Origin: Candidatus Kerfeldbacteria bacterium
GTDB lineage: Bacteria > Patescibacteriota > Patescibacteriia > SBBC01 > CAIJZX01
DNA length: 64,000 nucleotides
Assembly: GCA_016193315.1 (NCBI GenBank)
Contig: JACPSJ010000004.1
Coordinates: 65,708 to 129,707 of the forward strand
Reading direction: 5' to 3'
This document shows, one piece after another, positions 21,612 to 29,898 of the stretch. Positions within the stretch are counted from its first letter, which is position 1, and each line of letters starts with the position of its first letter. Both the position numbers and the translations under genes were made by a program. The notes beneath the pieces are model-generated. The model did not search any database. It worked only from the letters and a program-made list of their open reading frames with translations, and was not told the DNA's origin.

Positions 21612-23369
21612 GTGCCTGATCTGTCAACCCAATCACGTCATCTCCCACGCCGGCCCGGCGTCTATCTATTTCGTGCGGCAGACGACGAGGTGATTTACGT
21701 CGGCAAAGCGAACTCGCTACGCGATCGCGTGAGTTCCTATTTCCATTCGTCCATCCAGCTGGCGCCAGCCAAACAAATTATGATCAAAGAAATCCGGCGG
21801 CTGGAATACATCATCGTCCGCTCGGAAACGGAAGCGTTGCTCCTGGAATCGACGTTCATCAAAAAGTACCGTCCGAAGTACAATGTGCTGCTGAAAGACG
21901 ATAAGTACTTTCAGTACATCAAAATCAGCCTCGGCGAGCGGTTCCCTTCCGTCACCACCGTCCGCCGGGTGACGCTTGATGGCAGCCGGTACTTCGGTCC
22001 GTATACGTCAGGGCTGGCCGTGCGACGGACGATGCGTCTATTAAAAAGACTGTTTCCCTACAAAACGTGCAGCAACCCGCCGGAGGTGCCATGCTTTGAT
22101 TTTCAGCTCAAGCGCTGCCTCGGTCACGACGTCGGCCCTGGCAGTCAAGGACGGTACCAGAAGGTGGTCAAAGACTTGATCTATTTTCTGGAGGGTCATA
22201 CCGGCGATGTGCTGAAAAAACTGCAGCGGGAAATGTCCGCCGCTGCCAAGCATCGTGATTTTGAACAGGCCGCCATCTACCGCGACCGCTGGCAAGCGCT
22301 GCATCACGTCCTTGAACGACAAACCGTAGTCAGCCCGCGCGGTGGTAATTTTGACGTGATATCCTTAGCTCGCGGCGACGGCTTGGCCGCCGTCAACTTG
22401 TTCCAGGTCCGACAGGGCAAACTCGTTCAACGCGATCAGTTTATGCTTCAGCATACCGCTCGGCAAACCGATCAGGCGGTGACGACGGCTTTCCTCGAAC
22501 AATACTACAGCCAATCGACCGTTCATCCGCCAACCGTCTATGTGCCGACCGACGTTGATTCAACCATCGGCCGGGCGCTGCAGTTGAAAGTAACGGTCCC
22601 CCGCCGCGGCCTGAAACGGAAATTGCTCCAAATGGGCACCGAGAACGCCCAGGATTACTTCCAACGCGAGCAGGTGCGCTGGTTATCCGATGAACGTCGA
22701 GCGGAACTCGGTTTACGGCAAATCACCGCTGCCCTGAAGTTACCTCAGTCGCCCCAACGGATCGAGATGTATGACATTTCCAATGTCCAGGGCCGATACG
22801 CCGTCGGTTCGATGGTCGTCTTCGAACATGGTTTGCCGAAAAATTCAGCCTATCGAAAATTCCGAATCAAAACGGTCCGCGGCCCCAATGATGTTCAGAT
22901 GATGGCCGAGGTCTTGCGCCGGCGGTTCAGCCGCCGTGGCGAAGATAGCTGGACGAAGCCCAACCTCATTCTGCTGGACGGTGGCAAGCCCCAGCTATCC
23001 GTGGTCACGCGAACGGTCACGCAACTGCCGCGCGATGTGCCGATCGTCGCCTTAGCCAAGCAACAAGAAGAATTGTTTCTCCCCCGCCGCGCCAGCCCGC
23101 TACGTCTACCTGCTGATTCACCCGGGCTCCATCTTTTGCAGCGCATTCGCGACGAAGCCCATCGGTTTGCCATTGGGTACTATCGGAAACGTCACGCCGG
23201 GGAGAGCACTCGTTCCATGCTCGATGAAGTTCCGGGGCTCGGGCCGATCATGAAAAAACAGTTGCTGAAAAGTTTTGGTACTCTGCAAGGGATTCGCGAA
23301 GCCGGCGATCAGGAGGTTGAAAAAATCCTCGGCGCGAAGTTGACGAAAACCCTGCGAGAATACATTTGA
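21612..23369 (+). CDS. uvrC: excinuclease ABC subunit UvrC
   Basis: GIY-YIG domain (PRRPGVYLFRAADDEVIYVGKANSLRDRVSSYF) and C-terminal RNase H-like and HhH domains. Start is uncertain. A GTG at 21612 lies 7 nt after an extended -10 (TGgTATAAT at 21597-21605), which would make the transcript leaderless. Alternatives are ATG 21528 (which has an AAGGAG with 0 spacing) and ATG 21450. Confidence 0.9.
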   Translation: MPDLSTQSRHLPRRPGVYLFRAADDEVIYVGKANSLRDRVSSYFHSSIQLAPAKQIMIKEIRRLEYIIVRSETEALLLESTFIKKYRPKYNVLLKDDKYFQYIKISLGERFPSVTTVRRVTLDGSRYFGPYTSGLAVRRTMRLLKRLFPYKTCSNPPEVPCFDFQLKRCLGHDVGPGSQGRYQKVVKDLIYFLEGHTGDVLKKLQREMSAAAKHRDFEQAAIYRDRWQALHHVLERQTVVSPRGGNFDVISLARGDGLAAVNLFQVRQGKLVQRDQFMLQHTARQTDQAVTTAFLEQYYSQSTVHPPTVYVPTDVDSTIGRALQLKVTVPRRGLKRKLLQMGTENAQDYFQREQVRWLSDERRAELGLRQITAALKLPQSPQRIEMYDISNVQGRYAVGSMVVFEHGLPKNSAYRKFRIKTVRGPNDVQMMAEVLRRRFSRRGEDSWTKPNLILLDGGKPQLSVVTRTVTQLPRDVPIVALAKQQEELFLPRRASPLRLPADSPGLHLLQRIRDEAHRFAIGYYRKRHAGESTRSMLDEVPGLGPIMKKQLLKSFGTLQGIREAGDQEVEKILGAKLTKTLREYI

Positions 23370-23543
23370 AAGTGGTATCGGCCCATTCTGATACTACTCC
23401 CTCATGCGCAAATCGCCACTCCACACCAAATCCGAACTCCGCGAGCGACGCAAGCGGCCAAGAATGAAAATGTCTGGCGGCTCAGTGCGAAAATTGCAGA
23501 ACATCATCGTTCGCAAGGGACGACGGTCAGACAAACAAAAAAT

Positions 23544-23566
23544 GGGGCCACGATCGTCGTGACCCC
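23544..23566 (-). terminator. intrinsic terminator hairpin for minus-strand gene 23617..24291
   Basis: Minus strand reads ggggtcacgacgatcgtggcccc followed by TTTTTTGTTTGT. Confidence 0.5.
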
Positions 23567-23616
23567 TACGTGTGCATCGGGTGCTCGAAGAGCTTGGAGC
23601 TGTTGATTAGCGTCGA

Positions 23617-24291
23617 TCAGACGTCGCTCTCGATGCCCCCACGGCCACCTTCCCGCCAGGTGACCTTCCGCAGGTACGCGATCAGAAGCTTCCCACGTTG
23701 ACCGTCCTGGTCGGGCCCGAAATTGACGGTGATCTCGCCCGCCCGGGTGAAAGTCACGACCCGCCCATTGACGGTCGTCGTCAGCAGAGCCATGAGAGAT
23801 TTCCCTTCGGCCGCCTTCAGGACAACGAACGTTCCCGCGTCGTTGGGCTGCCGGTCGCTGGCGTCGACGGGTCCGAAGGCCAGTTCGAGGTCTTCGGGCC
23901 GGTCGATGATGAACCGGGCCCAGGGCTCCCGCGGATCTTGGTCTTGACCGCCGAGATGGGTGTACCCGATGGTGGTCAGAGTGCCATTGACCATGACGCG
24001 GGTGTCATCGGCCCCGAGAACCAACGGCAAGCGTAAACGCTGCGTGGTATTCGACCGAACGACGTACTTCGCGCCGATGAACTCCGAGGTAGGTACAGCC
24101 CGCCAGATCTCCATCGACTCGTACTCGGTGACGTTCTCGCCCGGACCGTAAGCGTAGGAGATCGCGAAACTGGTTTCGAGACCGTCAGCCTCCCGACGTA
24201 CGCCGCGTCGGAAGATGAGACGTTCGGTCCCAGCGCCATCCAACTGGTGAAAAACCTGTAGTTCACCACCCAAAACGTCATGGGTGCGCAT
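23617..24291 (-). CDS. hypothetical protein (224 aa)
   Basis: ORF with a plausible minus-strand promoter (TTGACA-N17-ATAAAA) at about 24430-24460. No signal peptide seen from the listed start. Confidence 0.4.
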   Translation of the reverse strand: MRTHDVLGGELQVFHQLDGAGTERLIFRRGVRREADGLETSFAISYAYGPGENVTEYESMEIWRAVPTSEFIGAKYVVRSNTTQRLRLPLVLGADDTRVMVNGTLTTIGYTHLGGQDQDPREPWARFIIDRPEDLELAFGPVDASDRQPNDAGTFVVLKAAEGKSLMALLTTTVNGRVVTFTRAGEITVNFGPDQDGQRGKLLIAYLRKVTWREGGRGGIESDV

Positions 24292-24586
24292 CGGTGACCT
24301 CTCTTTCGTTGGGAGAATTGAGACGATTGCGAACCCGAAAAAATTTCGAGCTCAGTGGAGCCCCGCATCCGTCCCGCCGTTGGCGGGATCTGGTGCGCGG
24401 GTGAAAGGTGCCGCTCGAACTTTTATCACTCTTGGCGTGTTTTTGTCAACCCCGCGTCTCAGGAAAGAAAAAACGGGGTCACGGTGCTTGCGACACCCGT
24501 ATGCTCCCCCAGTCTGTGGACTGGCTTTCTTTAGGCCGCGACGATGTCGGCGTGCGGCCGATCCGACCAACCTGGGGCAGCACCCT

Positions 24587-25051
24587 TCAATATGCCAAGG
24601 TTACAGTACTAGCCCTGGATACACTGGGCACTGGTTCAATGCTCCGGATGATGATCGACGACAGATCAACCTGGCAACCATACCATGGCATGGATGGCAC
24701 CTCGGTGTCGGTACCGCCGACTACGAAGATGATTGCCGTTGGCGAATTGATCTCTCGCCAATTGAATTCGGCTGGACCCAGCGCCACCTGACAGTCCCAC
24801 TGCATGATGGCCGTCTGGCAGCACGGCGGAGTGGGGCGCCGACCGAGATCGACGGCGACATTCCGTCCTTCGGTCATCGGCACCTGCGGTCCGTCGCTTG
24901 ACGAACCGTCGCCGATCCAGACGAACTCGACGGCCACCCAACCTCCGCTGTCGGCGCCCTCGGGGCTGGCTCCCCAGACGATGAACTGAAACATCCAGCC
25001 GATCAGGAACAAGCCGGCGACGGCGATTGGAACGGCAATTGGCCGTTTCAT
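24587..25051 (-). CDS. hypothetical secreted or membrane-anchored Cys-containing protein
   Basis: ATG 25051 gives MKRPIAVPIAVAGLFLIGWMFQFIVWGASP (signal anchor) and a 155-aa protein. The listed longer ORF has a non-protein-like N-terminal extension. Confidence 0.45.
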   Translation of the reverse strand: MKRPIAVPIAVAGLFLIGWMFQFIVWGASPEGADSGGWVAVEFVWIGDGSSSDGPQVPMTEGRNVAVDLGRRPTPPCCQTAIMQWDCQVALGPAEFNWREINSPTAIIFVVGGTDTEVPSMPWYGCQVDLSSIIIRSIEPVPSVSRASTVTLAY

Positions 25052-25313
25052 GATGCGGTATCTCCTTGAGAAAGAGCGTTGAACGAGCCGTTGGGCGGAA
25101 AGGCCCGTTGGCGGGGACGATACACTACAGCATACGTCGGATTGGAAGAATTGCAAGGACGTCGTCCCTCTCCGCCCCCCCTCCTGAAAACGTATAAGAA
25201 AGGCCCGGCGAGTCTTCGAGATGTTACCTCGTTGACCCAGCCGGGCTGTGGGCAGCCTGTCCCCCGTGGCCAGACCACCGCACTACGTGCATGATGCTTG
25301 GCGCCGCCCCGGA

Positions 25314-25796
25314 CTAGCCGGAGACGAGCGCCGCCCAGGCCTGGCCCCGATCGGGGCCGAACTCCTTCCCAAGCGTCACCACGCCGGACAGACGCCGCAG
25401 GTCGAAGCCCTCGGGCTCGCTCGTAGAATTCACGGGGGTCGACGATTCACTCGAGGTACCCTGCATCGGCAAGATGACGTGGTGCCTCGTGGTGTTCCGC
25501 CACCAGCTCACCGCCAGGAAGTTCGCGACGCCCGCCGTGCTCTGCACGGAGGGACCGGCGCTCATGGTCCCGGACGAGATCTCGTTCATCGGGATCTCGG
25601 TACCGCTTTCGCAAAAGTTCGGCGTCCACTCCGCCTCGGCCAGCACGACCGGCGGCGAGTGGTTGCTGACCGTCGCGCAGGCCTGCGTCTTGGCCAGATC
25701 GTTGGCCTGATCGCAGGCCCCGGCCGGCTGAGCGGTGATGCCCAGCACCAGCGCGAGCGCGACGACCATGAGCGGAAGCAGCTTGCGAACACACAT
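25314..25796 (-). CDS. hypothetical secreted Cys-containing protein
   Basis: 160 aa with signal peptide MCVRKLLPLMVVALALVLGITAQPAGA and 6 cysteines. Confidence 0.5.
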   Translation of the reverse strand: MCVRKLLPLMVVALALVLGITAQPAGACDQANDLAKTQACATVSNHSPPVVLAEAEWTPNFCESGTEIPMNEISSGTMSAGPSVQSTAGVANFLAVSWWRNTTRHHVILPMQGTSSESSTPVNSTSEPEGFDLRRLSGVVTLGKEFGPDRGQAWAALVSG

Positions 25797-26002
25797 AGCG
25801 CGTTCCTCCCCACTGCGGTTTCCATGTGCCTGACAAGGTGCGGCATCCGTTCACAGGCACGAAAAAACGGACAAAAGGCACCCTAGCATAGCCATCAGAT
25901 TCAGTCAAGACTTAGGCCGGCGGATTTCATCCCGTTAGAAGCGACGTGAGCTGCGGAAATGGAAACCATCCACCCTCGGATACTAACGACTCAAATGCCA
26001 TT

Positions 26003-26051
26003 GGTGAAAAAGTGGTGCTGGGTTGACAACCAACACCAACAATGGTACTTT
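26003..26051 (+). promoter_or_regulatory. sigma-70-like promoter (TTGACA-N17-TACTTT) with a conserved 21-nt upstream element, upstream of secG
   Basis: ggtgaaaaagtggtgctgggTTGACAaccaacaccaacaatggTACTTT. The upstream 27 nt are nearly identical to 46992-47018. Confidence 0.45.
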
Positions 26052-26134
26052 GCTACGGATAGCAGATTTTTCTGGTCAGCGGCCGAATCATTTTCGACCT
26101 CATTTCACTTCTCACTTCCCTCTCTCCTATCGCC

Positions 26135-26362
26135 ATGCCCCACTGGGTTAGATCATCAATCCCCATCGTCGAAATCGTCCTGTCAGTTATTCTGGTGGCC
26201 TTAATTCTTCTCCAGAGTAAGGGCTCCGGCTTGTCAAACGTTTTCGGCGGCGAAGGAAATATTTACAGCACCAAGCGCGGCGCAGAGAAGGTGGTGTTCA
26301 TCGCCACCATCATTACCGCCGCCCTCTTCTTCGGCATCGCCTTGATCAATGCGACGCTTTAG
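26135..26362 (+). CDS. secG: preprotein translocase subunit SecG
   Basis: 75 aa with two TM helices and the SecG signature LLQSKGSGLSNVFGG. Confidence 0.8.
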   Translation: MPHWVRSSIPIVEIVLSVILVALILLQSKGSGLSNVFGGEGNIYSTKRGAEKVVFIATIITAALFFGIALINATL

Positions 26363-28187
26363 TGTCCAGGGGGTCTGGTCATGGCTGACCGCTCGGCTGC
26401 CTAGCGGCGACCAGTGGTTCCATCGCCACCCACAATTCGGTCATCCCGAGACTATCCGTCAGGATCATCAGCTAGTATTTGGTTTGTCCCGCGCCCGCAT
26501 CCCGACCACGCGGCAGCTTCGCTACGTGGGGCAAGTCCTCAGTCCGGGCGAACAGTCCTGGGTCCGGCGGTTGAGTACCCTGGCCATCATCGCCGCCCTC
26601 GTCTTACTCGGTAGCTTCCTCAACCGACACATCGCGCTCGTCCCGCAAACCGGCGGCACCTTGACCGAGGGGCTGTCTGGCGTGCCTCAATACCTCAATC
26701 CGGCGCTGGCCCGGTTGAATACCGTCGACGCCGAACTGACGACGCTCACCTTCCGCGGTCTGATGATTATGAACGCCGACTTTCAGCTGGTCCCGGACTT
26801 GGCTGAGCGGGTCGATGTCAGCCCGGACGGAAAAACATACACCATCACCCTCAAACCGAACCTCCGCTGGTCCGACGGTGAACCGCTGACCGCCGACGAT
26901 GTCACCTACACTTTTGAGCTGCTCAGTGACCCGGCGTACCAAAGCCCGTACCTCCAGCTTTTCCGGGCGGTCAAAGTTGAACGGCCAGACCGCCGGACGG
27001 TGGTCTTTCGCCTACCCGAGCCGCTAGCGCCATTCCTGTCCTATCTGACCGTGGGTCTGCTGCCGGAGCATGCCTGGGTCGATTCCACCCCCCAGTCTTT
27101 CGCCTTGGCCGAGCTCAACCTGAAACCGATCGGGAACGGCCCGTTCGCCTTCCATAGTTTGGCCAAAGATCGCGCCGGAAATATTAAGAGTTACCAGCTG
27201 ACCCGCAACAAATACTTCCATGGCCCGGCCCCTTATCTCGACCGCATGGTCATCAAGTTCTTCCCCGATTACGAAGCTGCTCTCGAGGGATTGAAGATGC
27301 ACGCCGTAGACGCCCTGGGTGGCATCCGTCTCGAAGACCTTGACGACGTCAGGCGGGTGGGGACCATCAAGCCGTTCGGCCTGTCCCAGCTGACCGCCGT
27401 CTTCATCAACCAAAAAACTAACGGCGCGCTGAAAGCCAAGGAGGCACGCTTGGCCCTGGCCTACGCCACCGATCGCTCGGCCCTGGTCACTGACGTGCTC
27501 GACGGCACCGGCCGTCCGATTGTCGGTCCGATCCTGCCCGGCTACCTTGGGTATAACCCATACCTCAAGCGCTATGACTTTGACCTTGAGACGGCCAATC
27601 GCATCCTCGAAGACAACGGCTGGAAACGAACCGACGGCGGCATTCGCCAGAAAGGCAGTCAACAATTGACTTTCACCTTTACCGTCGTCGATCAGCCGAC
27701 GCTCGTCGCCGTGGCCAATCGGTTAGCCAAAGACTGGCGTCAAATCGGCGCCCAGGTAGAAATCAAAGCGGTCGATATCAACCACATCCAAAAAGACGTT
27801 CTCCGGCCGCGCAATTACGAGGCGCTGCTGTTCGGGCAGATTTTCACCACCGATCCCGATCCTTACCCATTTTGGCACTCATCCCAACAAAAAGAGACTG
27901 GTTTCAATCTGTCGATTTTTTTCAACAAGAAAATCGATCAAGACCTCGAACACGCGCGCCGGACGACCAGCAACGACGAACGGGCGACAGACTACTTCGA
28001 CTTCCAAAACGTTGTGGCCGAAGAAGTACCAGCCATCTTCCTCTATCAAAATCTCTATCTTTGCGTCCACTCGAAGAACCTGCGTGGCATCAAAGCCGAT
28101 CGTATCGTCAGCGGCACCGATCGGTATCTCGATATCAGCTCGTGGTATCTGCGGACCAGGCCGAGTTGGGTGACGAAGAAAGATTGA
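26349..28187 (+). CDS. ABC transporter substrate-binding protein, family 5 (oligopeptide/dipeptide/nickel-type), membrane-anchored
   Basis: 612 aa with an N-terminal TM anchor (LAIIAALVLLGSF). Size and conservation pattern match OppA/DppA-type SBPs (e.g. DGEPLTADDVTYTFE, LAYATDR). No permease or ATPase genes are adjacent. Confidence 0.75.
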   Translation: MRRFSVQGVWSWLTARLPSGDQWFHRHPQFGHPETIRQDHQLVFGLSRARIPTTRQLRYVGQVLSPGEQSWVRRLSTLAIIAALVLLGSFLNRHIALVPQTGGTLTEGLSGVPQYLNPALARLNTVDAELTTLTFRGLMIMNADFQLVPDLAERVDVSPDGKTYTITLKPNLRWSDGEPLTADDVTYTFELLSDPAYQSPYLQLFRAVKVERPDRRTVVFRLPEPLAPFLSYLTVGLLPEHAWVDSTPQSFALAELNLKPIGNGPFAFHSLAKDRAGNIKSYQLTRNKYFHGPAPYLDRMVIKFFPDYEAALEGLKMHAVDALGGIRLEDLDDVRRVGTIKPFGLSQLTAVFINQKTNGALKAKEARLALAYATDRSALVTDVLDGTGRPIVGPILPGYLGYNPYLKRYDFDLETANRILEDNGWKRTDGGIRQKGSQQLTFTFTVVDQPTLVAVANRLAKDWRQIGAQVEIKAVDINHIQKDVLRPRNYEALLFGQIFTTDPDPYPFWHSSQQKETGFNLSIFFNKKIDQDLEHARRTTSNDERATDYFDFQNVVAEEVPAIFLYQNLYLCVHSKNLRGIKADRIVSGTDRYLDISSWYLRTRPSWVTKKD

Positions 28188-28294
28188 AGGTTTAGGTTCC
28201 AATTGGGTGATCAGGCGCTTGTAAAAGTTCTTTTCTTTGTGTATCATCGGAACGTTTCGGGGCAAGGAATTTGCGGTCTACCCGTATAGAAGCT

Positions 28295-28378
28295 GCCGCC
28301 GTGGTGAAATTGGCAGACACGCATGGTTCAGGGCCATGTGGGAGCAATCCCATGTCGGTTCAACTCCGACCGGCGGCA
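28295..28378 (+). tRNA. tRNA-Leu (anticodon CAG), class II; CCA not encoded
   Basis: GCCGCCGUGGUGAAAUUGGCAGACACGCAUGGUUCAGGGCCAUGUGGGAGCAAUCCCAUGUCGGUUCAACUCCGACCGGCGGCA. The anticodon loop is UUCAGGG. It has a long variable arm and a GGUUCAACUCC T-arm. Confidence 0.85.
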
Positions 28379-28614
28379 ACGCCTGTGCGGGTCGCCCACA
28401 GTTCTTGGTCCCAAGCGACCCGCCCCGAAACGAAACTTCTGGTGCAGAAATGGGCCGTGAAGGTACTCCCATGGAGGTTCGCCTGCCCCGCATTTGCCCG
28501 AGTTTCGCAAGGACATAGTGCGGGGACTCCTCTCTCGCCCACCAGAGAAGAATAATCAACACAAACAGCGATCTTGGCCAATAGCAAAGGGTCTGTCGCT
28601 GAGTTCGAACACCG

Positions 28615-29412
28615 ATGTCTAAAATCGACCTGTCTAGACAATTTGCCAGAAATCTCTGGGCTAATAAGCGGAGAAAAGAGCTTGAAGCCACGATTAGTTA
28701 TTTCTTCGAAAAGAAACCAATTGAATTAGTTGGAGAAATCGCTACAGATCGACTGAGTTGGCAGTTGCAATTGCGGCTTAAGGAACAGCCTCCGCTGGAT
28801 GATTGGGGCTTTATGTTTAGTGAAGTCGTTCACCACCTTAGGGCATCTTTAGATAATGCGGTATTTGCTATTGCTGTCGGCTTAAAATCCTTAACAGAAA
28901 AAGAGAAGAGGGATTTGACATTTCCAATAGTTGAAGATAAAGGTAACTGGCCTCTCGCGCAAAAGCGCATTAGTTGCCTGCCTTCGGAGTATGTTTCGGC
29001 CATTGAACTATTACAACCGTTCAATCATCCGAATAGGAATGATAAGAACACCATTGATGCACTGTCACTTTTGCGCGACTTGAATGATTTAGATAAGCAT
29101 CGAATTCACTTCACCCCAGGGAACAAACTAAATCTTGATAACATACAAAATATGATGGAATTTGAAACTGAGCAGGATGCTAAGGATGACGGTGCTCCAG
29201 AAGTTTCGTTCTATGAACCCGAATTCAAGAACGGACACACTATTCTTAACCAGCGAACAAAACACCGTATCCAGAAGATACGGGGCAGAGTAGAATTTAA
29301 TGCAAGCGCACAAATACTACTGCCAAGCGGAGAAACGGCTAGTGTGTCGCAAGTGCTCATCAATGTTAGGCAGGGTTGCCATATAGTGTTAGACCATCTG
29401 CAATCGATCTAG
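28615..29412 (+). CDS. hypothetical protein on a low-GC islet next to tRNA-Leu (possible phage-defence/Abi-type gene)
   Basis: 265 aa. GC is about 40%, against about 60% in the flanks. It lies 237 bp downstream of the tRNA-Leu 3' end. No confident family. It contains SLLRDLNDLDKHRIHF and EVVHHLRASLDNAVFAIA segments. Confidence 0.5.
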   Translation: MSKIDLSRQFARNLWANKRRKELEATISYFFEKKPIELVGEIATDRLSWQLQLRLKEQPPLDDWGFMFSEVVHHLRASLDNAVFAIAVGLKSLTEKEKRDLTFPIVEDKGNWPLAQKRISCLPSEYVSAIELLQPFNHPNRNDKNTIDALSLLRDLNDLDKHRIHFTPGNKLNLDNIQNMMEFETEQDAKDDGAPEVSFYEPEFKNGHTILNQRTKHRIQKIRGRVEFNASAQILLPSGETASVSQVLINVRQGCHIVLDHLQSI

Positions 29413-29619
29413 ATCCGCAAGACAAGAATACTCCCCGCTAAGCAACCAAGTTTCCGGCGGAGGGACGTAATACGTCCCGAAGCCGGATCGGGCTTCGCCT
29501 GACGAACTGCCTGCCCCGTCGAAGGACGGGGTCCTCCCTGCCTTCGCCGAAGCGAAGCCCCGGCTTCGCGCCGGCAGGCGCTAGCGCCCACCGCTGACCC
29601 AGATTTTTGGTAGCGGCCC

Positions 29620-29648
29620 TTGACAAGTCGCTATAAGTCGTGTATCAT
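29620..29648 (+). promoter_or_regulatory. sigma-70-like promoter (TTGACA-N17-TATCAT) giving a roughly 250-nt hairpin-rich leader before rnj
   Basis: cccTTGACAagtcgctataagtcgtgTATCATcc. Confidence 0.45.
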
Positions 29649-29898
29649 CCCCGTTCGTCCATTCCCATTCCATCGTGCCCAGAGTTCAGTTCTAGATTGA
29701 ACCTTGCGCGCGATAATCGCGTGGCCCCGCGAAGGAACGTACGACGTTCCGAAGCGGGACCTTACACGGTGATCCCGCCTCATGACTGCGCCGCGTGTCT
29801 CGAGCTTGTCGAGAGACTATCCGCGGCCAGAACACAGTTCTCATCGATTCAATATTCAATCAGCCGTTCCTGTGTTGCGGTTCTCGAAGTAATCCAGC

